Counted from the stretch's first letter, positions 44,875 through 54,421 are shown. The stretch is 64,000 bases of DNA from Vulcanimicrobiota bacterium (GCA_019637395.1 JAHBVR010000014.1:191414-255413), one strand, 5' to 3'. Notes: a model not told the origin generated them from the sequence alone. Made by a program: numbers and translations.

Positions 44875-46074
44875 ATGATATCATCCGAACTTATTCGCGC
44901 CCTGCCCAAAACCGATCTGCACGTCCACCTGGACGGCTCGCTGCGCGAGCAGACTCTCATCGATCTGGCCAAGGAGCGCAATGTCTCCCTTCCCTCCAAT
45001 ACGGTGGAGGGCCTCAACGAAACCGTTTTCCGCGCCCAATACGCCAACCTGGCCGAGTACCTGCACGGCTTCCAATACACCTGCGCCGTGTTGCAGGACG
45101 CCGAAGCGCTGGAGCGAGCCGCCTACGAACTGGCCTGGGACAACATCAACGAAGGAGTGCGCTACATCGAGGTGCGCTTCGCCCCGCAGTTGCACACCCA
45201 CCGCGGCTTTTCCATCAAGGAAGTGTTGCAGGCCGTCAACCGCGGCTTGCAACGCGCCGAGAAAGAACATGCCGGCTCGCCGCCGGTGCTCGACCACGGC
45301 GAACCACCCTTTCATTACGGCATCATCGTTTGCGCCATGCGCTTTTTCACGGCCGGATTCTCCTCCTGGTTTTCCCACCTCTTCGACCTTTTCCAGGACG
45401 CCCCCGAAGAGACCTACCTCAGCCTGGCTTCTCAGGAACTGGCGCGCGCCTGTGTGCGCATCCGCGATCAAGAAGGGATACCCATCGTCGGATTTGACCT
45501 GGCGGGGCGCGAAGACGGCTACCCGGCCAGCGCTCACAAAGAAGCCTACGCCTACGTCCACCGCAACTTCATGCAGAAAACCGTGCATGCCGGCGAGGCT
45601 TACGGCCCCGAAAGCATCTTTCAGGCGCTCACCGACCTGCATGCCGATCGCATCGGCCACGGCTACCACCTCTTTTCGCCCGAGCTGTGCGGGCCCGAGG
45701 TCGCCGACCCGCACGCTTACGTTGATCAGTTGGCCAGTTATGTGGCCGATCGGCGCATTACCATCGAGGTTTGCATTACCTCCAACCTGCAGACCATGCC
45801 CAACCTCAAGAGCGCCCAGGAGCATGCTTTCGGCAAAATGCTGGAGCGCAAACTCTCGGCCACGTTGTGCACCGACAATCGCCTGGTCAGCCACACCACC
45901 GTCACCCGCGAGGTCGAGCTGGCCGTGGAGGCTTTCCAAATGACTCCGGGCCAATTGCGCCAAACCCTGATTTATGGATTCAAACGTAGTTTCTTTCACG
46001 GTGCCTACACCGAACGGCGAGCCTACGTGCGCTCCATCATCGACTATTATGACAAGCTGGCAGCCAGGCCATGA
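44875..46074 (+). CDS. add: adenosine deaminase
   Basis: From the ATG at 44875: MISSELIRALPKTDLHVHLDGSLR (metal-binding HxH). RYIEVRFAPQLH. HAGE (TVHAGEAYG). CTDNRLVS near the C-terminus. Confidence 0.88.
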   Translation: MISSELIRALPKTDLHVHLDGSLREQTLIDLAKERNVSLPSNTVEGLNETVFRAQYANLAEYLHGFQYTCAVLQDAEALERAAYELAWDNINEGVRYIEVRFAPQLHTHRGFSIKEVLQAVNRGLQRAEKEHAGSPPVLDHGEPPFHYGIIVCAMRFFTAGFSSWFSHLFDLFQDAPEETYLSLASQELARACVRIRDQEGIPIVGFDLAGREDGYPASAHKEAYAYVHRNFMQKTVHAGEAYGPESIFQALTDLHADRIGHGYHLFSPELCGPEVADPHAYVDQLASYVADRRITIEVCITSNLQTMPNLKSAQEHAFGKMLERKLSATLCTDNRLVSHTTVTREVELAVEAFQMTPGQLRQTLIYGFKRSFFHGAYTERRAYVRSIIDYYDKLAARP

Positions 46075-46745
46075 TCATTCTGATTTTCACCATGTTTTCG
46101 CTGCTCTTGGGCGGCCTGTTGTTGGGCCTGGCCATCTATCCCAGCGTGCTGTTGCTGGCGCCACTGGCCCAGCACGGCCCGCTCGGCTTGAGCATGGCCC
46201 TGGGAATCGGCTATTTCCTCTCGGGAGCGGCTTTGTTGTTCTGGTGCGCGCTCTTTCACCATCTGCTCTTCATGCATCTCAAGCCCGGCCGCCACAAGCT
46301 TACCTCGCTGCAGGCCTTTCGCTGGGCCAGCGCCTCCTCGCTATACATGCTGGTCAAGTTTACCGTCGGCGACTTCTTCATGATTACGCCGTTAGGAACT
46401 CTCTACTTAAAAGTGTTGGGCGCCAAAATCGGCAAAAACGTCATGATCAACAGCAAATATCTGCACGACCACGGACTGCTGGAGATCGGCGACGGCTGCC
46501 TGATCGGCGGCGACGCGGTCATGTCGGCCCACGTGGCCGAAGGCGGCAACCTTCTACTGGCTCCTATCAAACTGGGCAAGAACGTGCTGATCAGCCAGAA
46601 AGCCGTGCTCATGCCGGGCGTCGAGGTGGGCGATAACTCCATCGTGGCCGCCGGCGCCATCGTGCTCAAAGACACCAAGATTCCGGCTAACGAAATCTGG
46701 GGCGGGATCCCGGCCAAGTTCCTCAAGGCTCGTCAACCTAAGTAA
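46071..46745 (+). CDS. membrane-anchored hexapeptide-repeat (LbH) acyltransferase
   Basis: ATGA overlap with add. Three or four N-terminal TM helices. Hexapeptide repeats IGKNVMINSKYL..IGDGCLIGGDAVM..LGKNVLISQKAVLMPGVEVGDNSIVAAGAIV. Confidence 0.75.
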   Translation: MIILIFTMFSLLLGGLLLGLAIYPSVLLLAPLAQHGPLGLSMALGIGYFLSGAALLFWCALFHHLLFMHLKPGRHKLTSLQAFRWASASSLYMLVKFTVGDFFMITPLGTLYLKVLGAKIGKNVMINSKYLHDHGLLEIGDGCLIGGDAVMSAHVAEGGNLLLAPIKLGKNVLISQKAVLMPGVEVGDNSIVAAGAIVLKDTKIPANEIWGGIPAKFLKARQPK

Positions 46746-47669
46746 ATGCAGGAATTGTTGGATGAGCTGCGGCAGCTCTACCTGCCGCAGCGCGACGGTA
46801 AGCTGGCCGACTACATTCCGGAACTGGCCAAAGCCAACCCCAACCACTTCGCCATCAGCCTGGTGACTCCCGAGGGTGAGGTTTACCAAACCGGCGACTG
46901 CGATCGCAAGTTTACCATTCAATCCATTTCCAAGCCCTTCGTCTATGGCATCGCTTTGGAGGATTACGGCCGCGAAGAGGTGCTGCGCAGGGTCGGGGTG
47001 GAGCCGACCGGCGATCCTTTCAACTCCATCACCCTGGACGAAAAATCCAAGCGCCCGTTCAATCCCATGGTCAACGCGGGCGCCATCGCCACCAGCAACC
47101 TGATCCGGGGGTCCAGCCCGGCCGACCGCTTGAATCGGCTGATGCAGGTTTTCTCCAACTATGTCGGCCACGAAATCGGGGCCGACATGTCGGTCTTTCT
47201 CTCGGAGCGCAGCACCGGCCACCGCAATCGCGCCATGGCCCACCTGATGCTCAACTTCCAGATGATTGGCAGCAACGTCGAGGAGATTCTCGACCTTTAT
47301 TTTCAGCAGTGCTCACTGCTGGTGACCTCGACCGACCTGGCCTGCATGGCCGCCACTCTGGCCAACGGAGGCGTCAATCCCCTGACCGGCCGGCGAGCCC
47401 TGGCCAACGAATATGTACGCGACCTGCTCTCGGTGATGTTCACCTGCGGACTCTATGATTTTTCCGGAGAATGGGCCTACCGGGTGGGCTTGCCGGCCAA
47501 AAGCGGAGTGGGCGGGGGCATGCTGGCAGTGGCCCCCGGCAAGCTGGGCATCGGCATCTACAGTCCCCTGCTGGATGAGCGCGGCACCAGCGTGCGCGCC
47601 ATCCAGGTCTGCCAGGAGCTCTCGTCCAGACTGGGATTGCACCTCTTTGACGTTCCGTTCACGCTCTAG
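46746..47669 (+). CDS. glsA: glutaminase A
   Basis: [75 protein letters not shown] are classic glutaminase motifs, including the S-x-x-K. Confidence 0.92.
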   Translation: MQELLDELRQLYLPQRDGKLADYIPELAKANPNHFAISLVTPEGEVYQTGDCDRKFTIQSISKPFVYGIALEDYGREEVLRRVGVEPTGDPFNSITLDEKSKRPFNPMVNAGAIATSNLIRGSSPADRLNRLMQVFSNYVGHEIGADMSVFLSERSTGHRNRAMAHLMLNFQMIGSNVEEILDLYFQQCSLLVTSTDLACMAATLANGGVNPLTGRRALANEYVRDLLSVMFTCGLYDFSGEWAYRVGLPAKSGVGGGMLAVAPGKLGIGIYSPLLDERGTSVRAIQVCQELSSRLGLHLFDVPFTL

Positions 47670-47709
47670 TCACACCCTGGAAGTCTCCAGGCCTTACCTT
47701 AGACAGGTC

Positions 47710-48726
47710 ATGATCGGAGCGATACACACACAGCGACCCACCTTCACCCCTGGCCCGCGAGCGAGCAAACCCGCCGCGCAGCCCGACCAGACGGCCCCGG
47801 CCGATTCGATTCAACTGAGCGGAGCGCCCACGCCCTCGCCGGCCCCTCTGGCCCGGAGCGCGCAAGCCACCGCCGCCGCGGTCGCCTCCCAGAACCAGGG
47901 ACCGGCCGGTCCGGCTCTCCTCAAGGTGCTCTCGGTCAACATCATGTTTGACAGCGAATCGGGCGTCGACGAGATCGCGCGCATCATCGAGGCTACCCAA
48001 CCCGACCTGATTGGTCTGCAGGAGTCCGCCGCCAGCACCAAGCAATTGGCCGAAAAGTTCGGTATGCACAGCCTGCAGCAGGACAAGCGCACGGCCCTGC
48101 TCAGCCGCTTCCCCATCGAAAAGGTGACGCCCAACAAATACGGGGTCCAGGTGACCCTGGAGAACGGCAAGCAAGTCGGCTTCCTGAATGCCCACCTTAC
48201 TTCATTCCCTTATCAGCCACACCAGTTGCTGCACCTGCCTACCGGCGGCGGCCCCTACCTGAATACCGAAGCCCAGGCCATCGCTTCGGCCAACAAGACG
48301 CGCGGCAAAGAAGTGCGCACTATGATTTCCGAAGCCAACGGTCTGAACTTGCCGGTCATCGCCACCGGTGACTTCAACGAACCGTCCCACAAGGATTGGA
48401 CCGAGGCCGCTCACCAGGCCGGCCGCCACCCCATCAAATGCGAATGGCCCGGCTCCCGCCAGTGGGAAGCCGCTGGCTTCACCGATTCTTACCGCGAGAA
48501 ATATCCCGATGAGATGGCTCACCCCGGCAATACCTGGACGCCCAACGCCGCCCAGGATGACCCCAAGGAGCACCACGACCGCATCGACTACGTGCAATAT
48601 CGCGGCGAAGGACTGAAGCTGAAAGACATCCAGATCGTGGGCGAAAAGCCGGAATTCGCCGACATCGTGGTCAGTCCGTATCCTACCGACCACCGGGCGC
48701 TGCTGGCCACCTTCGAGGTCGGTTAG
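47710..48726 (+). CDS. endonuclease/exonuclease/phosphatase (EEP) family protein with a disordered N-terminal leader
   Basis: The ATG at 47710 follows the glsA stop (the track start at 47455 overlaps glsA). Pro/Ala-rich first ~75 aa. EEP motifs LSVNIMF, IGLQES, ATGDFNE, DRIDYV and TDHRAL. Confidence 0.8.
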   Translation: MIGAIHTQRPTFTPGPRASKPAAQPDQTAPADSIQLSGAPTPSPAPLARSAQATAAAVASQNQGPAGPALLKVLSVNIMFDSESGVDEIARIIEATQPDLIGLQESAASTKQLAEKFGMHSLQQDKRTALLSRFPIEKVTPNKYGVQVTLENGKQVGFLNAHLTSFPYQPHQLLHLPTGGGPYLNTEAQAIASANKTRGKEVRTMISEANGLNLPVIATGDFNEPSHKDWTEAAHQAGRHPIKCEWPGSRQWEAAGFTDSYREKYPDEMAHPGNTWTPNAAQDDPKEHHDRIDYVQYRGEGLKLKDIQIVGEKPEFADIVVSPYPTDHRALLATFEVG

Positions 48727-48736
48727 TCCCGCCCGA

Positions 48737-50005
48737 ATGCCCGACTCTCTCACCCGCATTAACTCCGACCGTCTCTATGCTTCCCTGGAACAACTCGGCC
48801 AGATCGGACGCTACCAGGATGAGGAAACCGGCCTGCAGGGGGTCTGCCGCCTGGCCCTGAGCGCCGAAGACGGCGAGGGGCGCCGACTGGTGGTGGGTTG
48901 GATGAAGGAACTCGGCCTGGAAGTCCGGGTCGATCGCATCGGCAACGTCTACGCGCGCCGGGCCGGCCGCCGCTCCGACCTGAAACCGGTAATGCTGGGC
49001 TCGCATATCGACTCGGTGCCCACCGCCGGCCGCTTTGACGGCTGCCTGGGCGTGCTGGGCGCCTTGGAGATCGTGCGCACCCTGAACGAACAAAAAATCG
49101 AGACCCTGCGCCCCATCGAAGTGGCTTTCTTCACCGACGAGGAGGGCTGCCGCTTCGGTACCGACATGCTGGGCAGCGCCGTGGCCTGTGGACGGCTGAC
49201 TCTGGATTACGCCTACGGACTCAAGGATCGCGACGGTCTGCGCCTGCGCGACGAACTGGAGAAGATCGGCTTCTTAGGCGACTGCGATGAAAAAGTAACC
49301 GCACCGCACGCTTATTTGGAATGCCACGTAGAGCAGGGGCCGATCTTGTTCCAGAAGGGTGTGGAAGTGGGGGTGGTCAGCGGCGTGCAGTCGATTTCCT
49401 GGCAGGCCCTGACCATTGTGGGCAAATCCGGTCACGCCGGAGCCACACCCATGGATCTGCGCGCCGACGCGGGAGTGGCCGCTTCTATGATCAATCTCAA
49501 ACTACGCGAGATGATCGCCACCGGCCACTATGGAGAAATGCGCGCCACCATGGGAGCCATCACACTCCTGCCGGGTCTGGTCAATATCGTGCCCGGCAAA
49601 GTGGAAGCCACCGTGGATTTACGCAATCCCAGCAATGAACTGATGCAGAAATCCGAGACCGACTTGCTGGCCTACTATGAAGAAGTGCAAAAACGCGAAA
49701 AAGTCGAGATTCGCTGGCGCCAGACGGCGCGCACGCCGGCCGTGCCCTTCAGCGGGCGCCTGCAGCAGCGCATCGCGGCCGCCGCCGAGCGGGCCGGCCT
49801 GAGCCACCAGTCGATTATCGCCGGCGCCGGCCACGACGCTCAGGAATTCGCCGCCATCTGCCCGGCCGCCATGGTCTTCTGTCCCGGCGAGTATGACGGC
49901 ATCAGCCACAACCCCCGCGAGTTTTCCACTCCCAAGCAATGCTCCGACGGGATCAACGTGATGCTTGACGTGCTGCTGCAACTGGCCGACCAGGAGGACG
50001 CCTAG
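48737..50005 (+). CDS. M20-family Zn-dependent amidohydrolase (N-carbamoyl-L-amino-acid / allantoate amidohydrolase type)
   Basis: DRIGNVYARRAG..PVMLGSHIDSVPTAGRFDGCLGVLGALEIVRTL..IEVAFFTDEEG is characteristic of the hydantoinase/carbamoylase amidase family. Confidence 0.88.
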   Translation: MPDSLTRINSDRLYASLEQLGQIGRYQDEETGLQGVCRLALSAEDGEGRRLVVGWMKELGLEVRVDRIGNVYARRAGRRSDLKPVMLGSHIDSVPTAGRFDGCLGVLGALEIVRTLNEQKIETLRPIEVAFFTDEEGCRFGTDMLGSAVACGRLTLDYAYGLKDRDGLRLRDELEKIGFLGDCDEKVTAPHAYLECHVEQGPILFQKGVEVGVVSGVQSISWQALTIVGKSGHAGATPMDLRADAGVAASMINLKLREMIATGHYGEMRATMGAITLLPGLVNIVPGKVEATVDLRNPSNELMQKSETDLLAYYEEVQKREKVEIRWRQTARTPAVPFSGRLQQRIAAAAERAGLSHQSIIAGAGHDAQEFAAICPAAMVFCPGEYDGISHNPREFSTPKQCSDGINVMLDVLLQLADQEDA

Positions 50006-50908
50006 ATGCCCCGCCGGGTGGTGCGCGCCGCGCTGACCGAAACCAGCAACGCCTATGCGCATATGCCCGAAACTGTGGAAGAACTCGGCTCTCTCAAGGA
50101 TAAGCTGGAGGACATTCGCAAAGCCAATGTCGAGCATCACATCGAACTGATGGAGGCGGCCCGGGCTCAGGGCGTGCAGGTCATCTGCTTTGGCGAACTC
50201 TTTCCGGCCCCTTACTTCGCGCTGGGCACCGACCCGATGTGGATTCCTCTGGCCGAGGACGCCCGGACGGGTAAGACCGTGACCGAACTGCGCGAGGCAG
50301 CCCGCCGTCTGGGCCTGATCGTGGTCGCTCCCATTTACGAAAGAGATGGCGAGAAACGCTTCAATACGGCCGTGGTCCTCGACGAAAAGGGCGAATACCT
50401 GGGCAAGTTTCGCAAGGCCCACATTCCCTTCGGCGGCAATGAGCAGGGCTCGTTCCACGAGAATTTCTACTACGGGCGCAGCGACTCGGACCCGTTGTTT
50501 CCCGTGTTCGCCACCTCGGTGGGCAAAATCGGCGTGGCCATCTGCTATGACCGGCATTTCTATTACGTGATGCCGAGTCTGGCTCGCCAGGGAGCCGAGC
50601 TGATCTTCAGCCCGGCCATCACCTTCGGCTCCAAGTCACAGCGCATGTGGCACCTGGAATTCCCCACCGACGCGGCCCGCTTCAACGTCTTCATCGGCGG
50701 ATCCAACCGTAAAGGCAGCGAAAAACCCTGGAACCAACCATACTTTGGGGAAAGCTACTTCGTCGGCCCCAACGGCCTGTGCGCCAACCTCAGCACCCAT
50801 CCCAACCTGGTCATCGCCGACATCGACCTGACCACCCTGAGCGAGCCCGACCCCTCCGGCTGGAACCTCCCCCGCGACACCCGCAAAGAGTGCTCCGTCT
50901 CGGGATAG
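50006..50908 (+). CDS. carbon-nitrogen hydrolase (beta-ureidopropionase / nitrilase-related)
   Basis: Starts directly after the upstream TAG. E-K-C triad contexts [15 protein letters not shown] and [10 protein letters not shown]. Confidence 0.88.
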   Translation: MPRRVVRAALTETSNAYAHMPETVEELGSLKDKLEDIRKANVEHHIELMEAARAQGVQVICFGELFPAPYFALGTDPMWIPLAEDARTGKTVTELREAARRLGLIVVAPIYERDGEKRFNTAVVLDEKGEYLGKFRKAHIPFGGNEQGSFHENFYYGRSDSDPLFPVFATSVGKIGVAICYDRHFYYVMPSLARQGAELIFSPAITFGSKSQRMWHLEFPTDAARFNVFIGGSNRKGSEKPWNQPYFGESYFVGPNGLCANLSTHPNLVIADIDLTTLSEPDPSGWNLPRDTRKECSVSG

Positions 50909-50958
50909 CCTTCGGCGCATGAGCCCAGTCCCGGGGGCACCACCTGTGGCGGCCCCGC

Positions 50959-51717
50959 TCAGCCCGGCAGCCGCGCCAGGGCCTGCTCCACCTGGGCCGC
51001 ATAGCCGCCGCCAAAGAGGTGGACATGCACCAGCAGAGGATAGAGTTGGTAGAGGGGGATGCGCTCTGTGTAGCCGGCACTCAAGGGAAAGGCTTCCGCG
51101 TAGCTGGCCCAGACGCGCGGGCCAAAACCGCCGAAAAGGCGCATCATGGCCAGGTCGACTTCGCGGTGGCCGACGTAGACGGCCGGATCGATCAGGCAGG
51201 GTTCGCCGGCCGGACCGACCAGAACGTTGCCGGCCCACAGGTCGCCGTGAAGCCGGGATAGCCCCTCGTCGGGGAGCCAGCCGGGCAGAACCGCAAAAAG
51301 CCGCTCAAAGCGGTCGCGCCACCGGTCCAGCAGCAGCGGACGCAATCGGCGCTCGATATAAAACTCGCACCAGCCCGCACAGGTCCGGTTAACCTGGGGA
51401 AGGGTGCCCACGAAGTTGTCGCGTTCCAGGCCCGGGGGCCCGCCGGTCCGGTGCAGCTCGGCCAGCCCACGGCCCAGGCGCTCCTCATAATCGGGGACGG
51501 CTGGAGCCGACTCCAGCCATTCCATCAACAAAAAGTCGGGCCCGACCTCCAGCACCTCGGGCACACGCAAGCTTGTGGCTGCCCGCAACCACTCGAGTCC
51601 ATGGGCTTCGGCGGCGAAAAAATCGGGCGGGACTCCCGGGCGGGTCTTGCGATGGGTTTTCAAAATCGGTGCTGTTGAGCCAGATGATCCAACAAACCCT
51701 GGCAGGCGGCAAAACAC
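50959..51717 (-). CDS. fructosamine kinase family protein
   Basis: FFAAEAHGLEWL..LHGDLWAGNVLVGPAGEPCLIDPAVYVGHREVDLAMMRLFGGF..YQLYPLLVHVHLFGGGY. GTG start lies inside the 3' end of the upstream PTP gene. The N-terminus is shorter than usual. Confidence 0.82.
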   Translation of the reverse strand: MFCRLPGFVGSSGSTAPILKTHRKTRPGVPPDFFAAEAHGLEWLRAATSLRVPEVLEVGPDFLLMEWLESAPAVPDYEERLGRGLAELHRTGGPPGLERDNFVGTLPQVNRTCAGWCEFYIERRLRPLLLDRWRDRFERLFAVLPGWLPDEGLSRLHGDLWAGNVLVGPAGEPCLIDPAVYVGHREVDLAMMRLFGGFGPRVWASYAEAFPLSAGYTERIPLYQLYPLLVHVHLFGGGYAAQVEQALARLPG

Positions 51718-52124
51718 TGATCAAGCACGACCTCGAAGCCGCGCTCGCCTCCGTAGTAAGGGTCGGGAACGCTGCTGCCCTGGGGCGAGGCCGGGTCGAA
51801 ATCGCGCAGCAGGTGCACTTTTTCGCCACCCAGCCGCTTGAGCGCCTCCAGGTTGGACGTGTCCATGGCCAGCACATAGTCGAAGCGCGCGAAGTCAGCC
51901 CGCTGGAACTGGCGGGCCCGGCTGGGCAGATCCACCCCGCGCCGGCGGGCGGCTTGAGCCGAGCGCTGGTCGGCTGGTTCGCCGATGTGATAGCCGCCGG
52001 TGCCGGCGCTGTCCACCTCGATCCGATCGCTCAGACCGCGTTGCCGGATCAGGTGGATCATCACGCCCTCGGCCGTCGGAGAACGGCAAATGTTGCCCAA
52101 ACAGACGAAGCAGAGGCGAATCAA
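51660..52124 (-). CDS. low-molecular-weight protein-tyrosine phosphatase
   Basis: P-loop MIRLCFVCLGNICRSPTAEG (C-x5-R-S). DSAGT. DPYYG (general-acid Asp). Confidence 0.9.
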   Translation of the reverse strand: MIRLCFVCLGNICRSPTAEGVMIHLIRQRGLSDRIEVDSAGTGGYHIGEPADQRSAQAARRRGVDLPSRARQFQRADFARFDYVLAMDTSNLEALKRLGGEKVHLLRDFDPASPQGSSVPDPYYGGERGFEVVLDQCFAACQGLLDHLAQQHRF

Positions 52125-52200
52125 TGACCGGCCTCCAAGACCAGAGCCTCGGAGCCGTCCACGCTCACGGAGTTCGGAATGAATACCCAGCTAAATTTCT

Positions 52201-52848
52201 TCATCCTGTCGGGGACCGTTCGTGTGAAGGTCCCCGGTCCCTTCGGGGGAACGCTCCCCGCCTTATAAACGCCAGCTCGGCGAAAAGCAGCGTGGGAATC
52301 CAGCTCAGCCAGCTGATCCAGGGGTAGACCAGTTCAAAAGGCAGGCCGGCCCGCATGGCCAGCGCCAGATAGAGTCGCACCAGCACGGCGCCAAAAGTGA
52401 GCGCATAGTTGCGCACCATGTGCCGCTCGTGATCGGCAAACCGGCCTTGCAGCGCCGCCCGGTAGGCTTCGGTGCCGCTGCCCAGCCAGAACACGGCCAT
52501 CACCGAGAAGCCCAACTGGGCCGGCGGCCCGCCGTAGGCCATGAAACCCATGGCCAAGCCCGTCGGAGCGGCCACCGCCACCCCACTAAGATAAGCAATT
52601 CCCGCCGCCCGATGCAGGCGGCGGGCGCGCCGGCGCAGCCAGGGCCAGAACTGGAAAGGCCCGATGGCCAGAGCCAATACCGCTCCGACCGCGTGGCAGC
52701 GCACCATGGTCAGGTGGGCCAGGTACTTATCGTAGAAATAAGGCCCGAAGGCAACCGGGTCTCCGTAGACGTAGTTGCAGGAACCGACCGCCGTGAGCAG
52801 GGCCAGATAAGTCATCAGGCCCCAGCCGATCCAGGCCAGACGCTTCAA
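52201..52848 (-). CDS. DUF2306 membrane protein
   Basis: Six hydrophobic segments. HAVGAVLALAIGPFQFWPWLRRRARRLHRAAGIAY..HERHMVRNYALTFGAVLVRLYL fits the DUF2306 pattern. Confidence 0.78.
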   Translation of the reverse strand: MKRLAWIGWGLMTYLALLTAVGSCNYVYGDPVAFGPYFYDKYLAHLTMVRCHAVGAVLALAIGPFQFWPWLRRRARRLHRAAGIAYLSGVAVAAPTGLAMGFMAYGGPPAQLGFSVMAVFWLGSGTEAYRAALQGRFADHERHMVRNYALTFGAVLVRLYLALAMRAGLPFELVYPWISWLSWIPTLLFAELAFIRRGAFPRRDRGPSHERSPTG

Positions 52849-53123
52849 GGAGCGGTCTGTTTTTGCCCGACCACCGGAGTGCGGTGGGGCGAAGCGGGCG
52901 GATAAATCCCGCGGCCGAAGGAGGGACGGCGCGGCAATACGATCTGAGGTTGGGACGAGATCAGCGGCTCGATGATCGGAGTGGCCGTGCTACTCGGGCT
53001 GGCGGTCACTTCGGGAGTAGGTGAGGGAGTCGGACTGGCCAGCACCACCGTGAATTGGGCCGCCAGGGCTACCGCCCCCAAGAGAAGCAATAACGTGAGC
53101 AAGTTGGATCGATTTGTGCGCAT
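52845..53123 (-). CDS. hypothetical small Pro/Ser/Thr-rich anchored protein
   Basis: MRTNRSNLLTLLLLLGAVALAAQFTVVLA followed by SPTPSPTPEVTASPSSTATP. The stop overlaps the DUF2306 start. Confidence 0.45.
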   Translation of the reverse strand: MRTNRSNLLTLLLLLGAVALAAQFTVVLASPTPSPTPEVTASPSSTATPIIEPLISSQPQIVLPRRPSFGRGIYPPASPHRTPVVGQKQTAP

Positions 53124-53160
53124 AGCCCCCCTGTCGTGCTCCGTAATTGCTTATTCCCCT

Positions 53161-53841
53161 TTATAAGGCTTGGGTCGCGTAGAAGGCGCTCAGGCTGGCC
53201 ACGGCGCCCATCGAGAGGGGCCTGGCGGGCGGCTCCTTGGAGTCGTCTCCGTAGAGTTCCCACATCACCGGCAGCAGGCTCAGGCTCTCGGGCAGGCTGC
53301 CTTTGCACATCAAGTCGCCATCTTTGCCGCGTCGCGTCATTTGCAGGCGGAAGTTCTCGCCGCCGCTCTTGCCGCGCAATTCGATATGGCCGCCCGGCTT
53401 GCGATCGACCGTCAGGCTGATACGCTGGCCGTCGCAGGTAATGGCCACATTTTCGTCCCCTTCTTCGTTGGTGCGGGTGGCGGTGGCCTTGATGCGAGTG
53501 CCGGCCGTCTCGGTGACGCCGCTGGCCGGATTCTGATCGAGCGTCATTTTGGCTTTGTTAATGAACAAAGTGGCGTCGCCCTCGACCGGCTCCTGTTCCC
53601 AGTTCCCCTTGAAGTCGGTGCCCACCAGGCGGCCGAAGACGGCGTGGCCGTTCTCGGAAAAGGCGCTGTTGATGCGCAGCGTGGTCGGAAGGCTGTTCTG
53701 TTCGCCTTCAATGTAGGCATCGCCGGGTTCGGGACCTTTCCAGACATTGACGTCGTGAACCTGATTTCCCATCTTCCCGTGAATGCGTGCGTTGCCGGAT
53801 CCATGCCGGTCGATTGTCATGTTTACGCTGAGGTTGCTCAT
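53161..53841 (-). CDS. hypothetical protein (226 aa, beta-rich, no signal peptide)
   Basis: Clean ORF with ordinary composition (MSNLSVNMTIDRHGSGNARIHGKMGNQVHDVNVWKG...). No recognised domain. The long antisense ORF 53170-54435 looks like a GC artefact. Confidence 0.55.
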   Translation of the reverse strand: MSNLSVNMTIDRHGSGNARIHGKMGNQVHDVNVWKGPEPGDAYIEGEQNSLPTTLRINSAFSENGHAVFGRLVGTDFKGNWEQEPVEGDATLFINKAKMTLDQNPASGVTETAGTRIKATATRTNEEGDENVAITCDGQRISLTVDRKPGGHIELRGKSGGENFRLQMTRRGKDGDLMCKGSLPESLSLLPVMWELYGDDSKEPPARPLSMGAVASLSAFYATQAL

Positions 53842-53886
53842 GCGGCCATCCTAATCCAGGCTGCTTGCAAGAGTGTTGCTAAAGTT

Positions 53887-54284
53887 CTACATCTTCGACT
53901 GATTTTTGATGAAAACCAGCACGGCTTCCACATTGCCCTGACGCTCGACCGAGATCAGTTGTTTGAGCACTTCCTTGGCTGGTTGGCTGACATTCGGATT
54001 GCGCAACGTTTTCGCATTCAGATTCTGCCACTGCACACCCCAGGCCCAGGCCAGACTGTGGAAGGTCCGGACCGGCGGGTTGCCGCTCTCGATGTTGAAT
54101 ACGTAGCGGCCGGTGCTGCTGCCCTGGCCCTTGGTATAGCGAACCCAGGCAACTGCGTCCCCCCGCGCCGATGTCGGTGGTTTTCTACCTCAGCGAAGTG
54201 GCTGAAGGAGCGGGTGGGCGCACTCGTTTCGTACGCGACGGCGCCCCTCGGGCAGCGCAATTTCGGCGATTGGACCCGGCTCAC
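53887..54284 (-). pseudogene. small gene interrupted at a homopolymer (unknown family)
   Basis: Frame 1 (GTG at 54284) reads MSRVQSPKLRCPRGAVAYETSAPTRSFSHFAEVENHRHRRGG. After the C6 run at 54159-54164, a second frame continues DAVAWVRYTKGQGSSTGRYVFNIESGNPPVRTFHSLAWAWGVQWQNLNAKTLRNPNVSQPAKEVLKQLISVERQGNVEAVLVFIKNQSKM*. One extra G/C would fuse the two. Confidence 0.3.
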
Positions 54285-54421
54285 GCGTGACCACGAAGGG
54301 AGCCTGGGAGTGCGACCCCAGTTGGGCTCGGCGCTACTTTTCGATCACCGCCCGTGCCACGACGTCGGGTACTACTCCGGCGATAGCCCTCGCATTATAG
54401 GGCGCGGGGACGTGACTTTCG

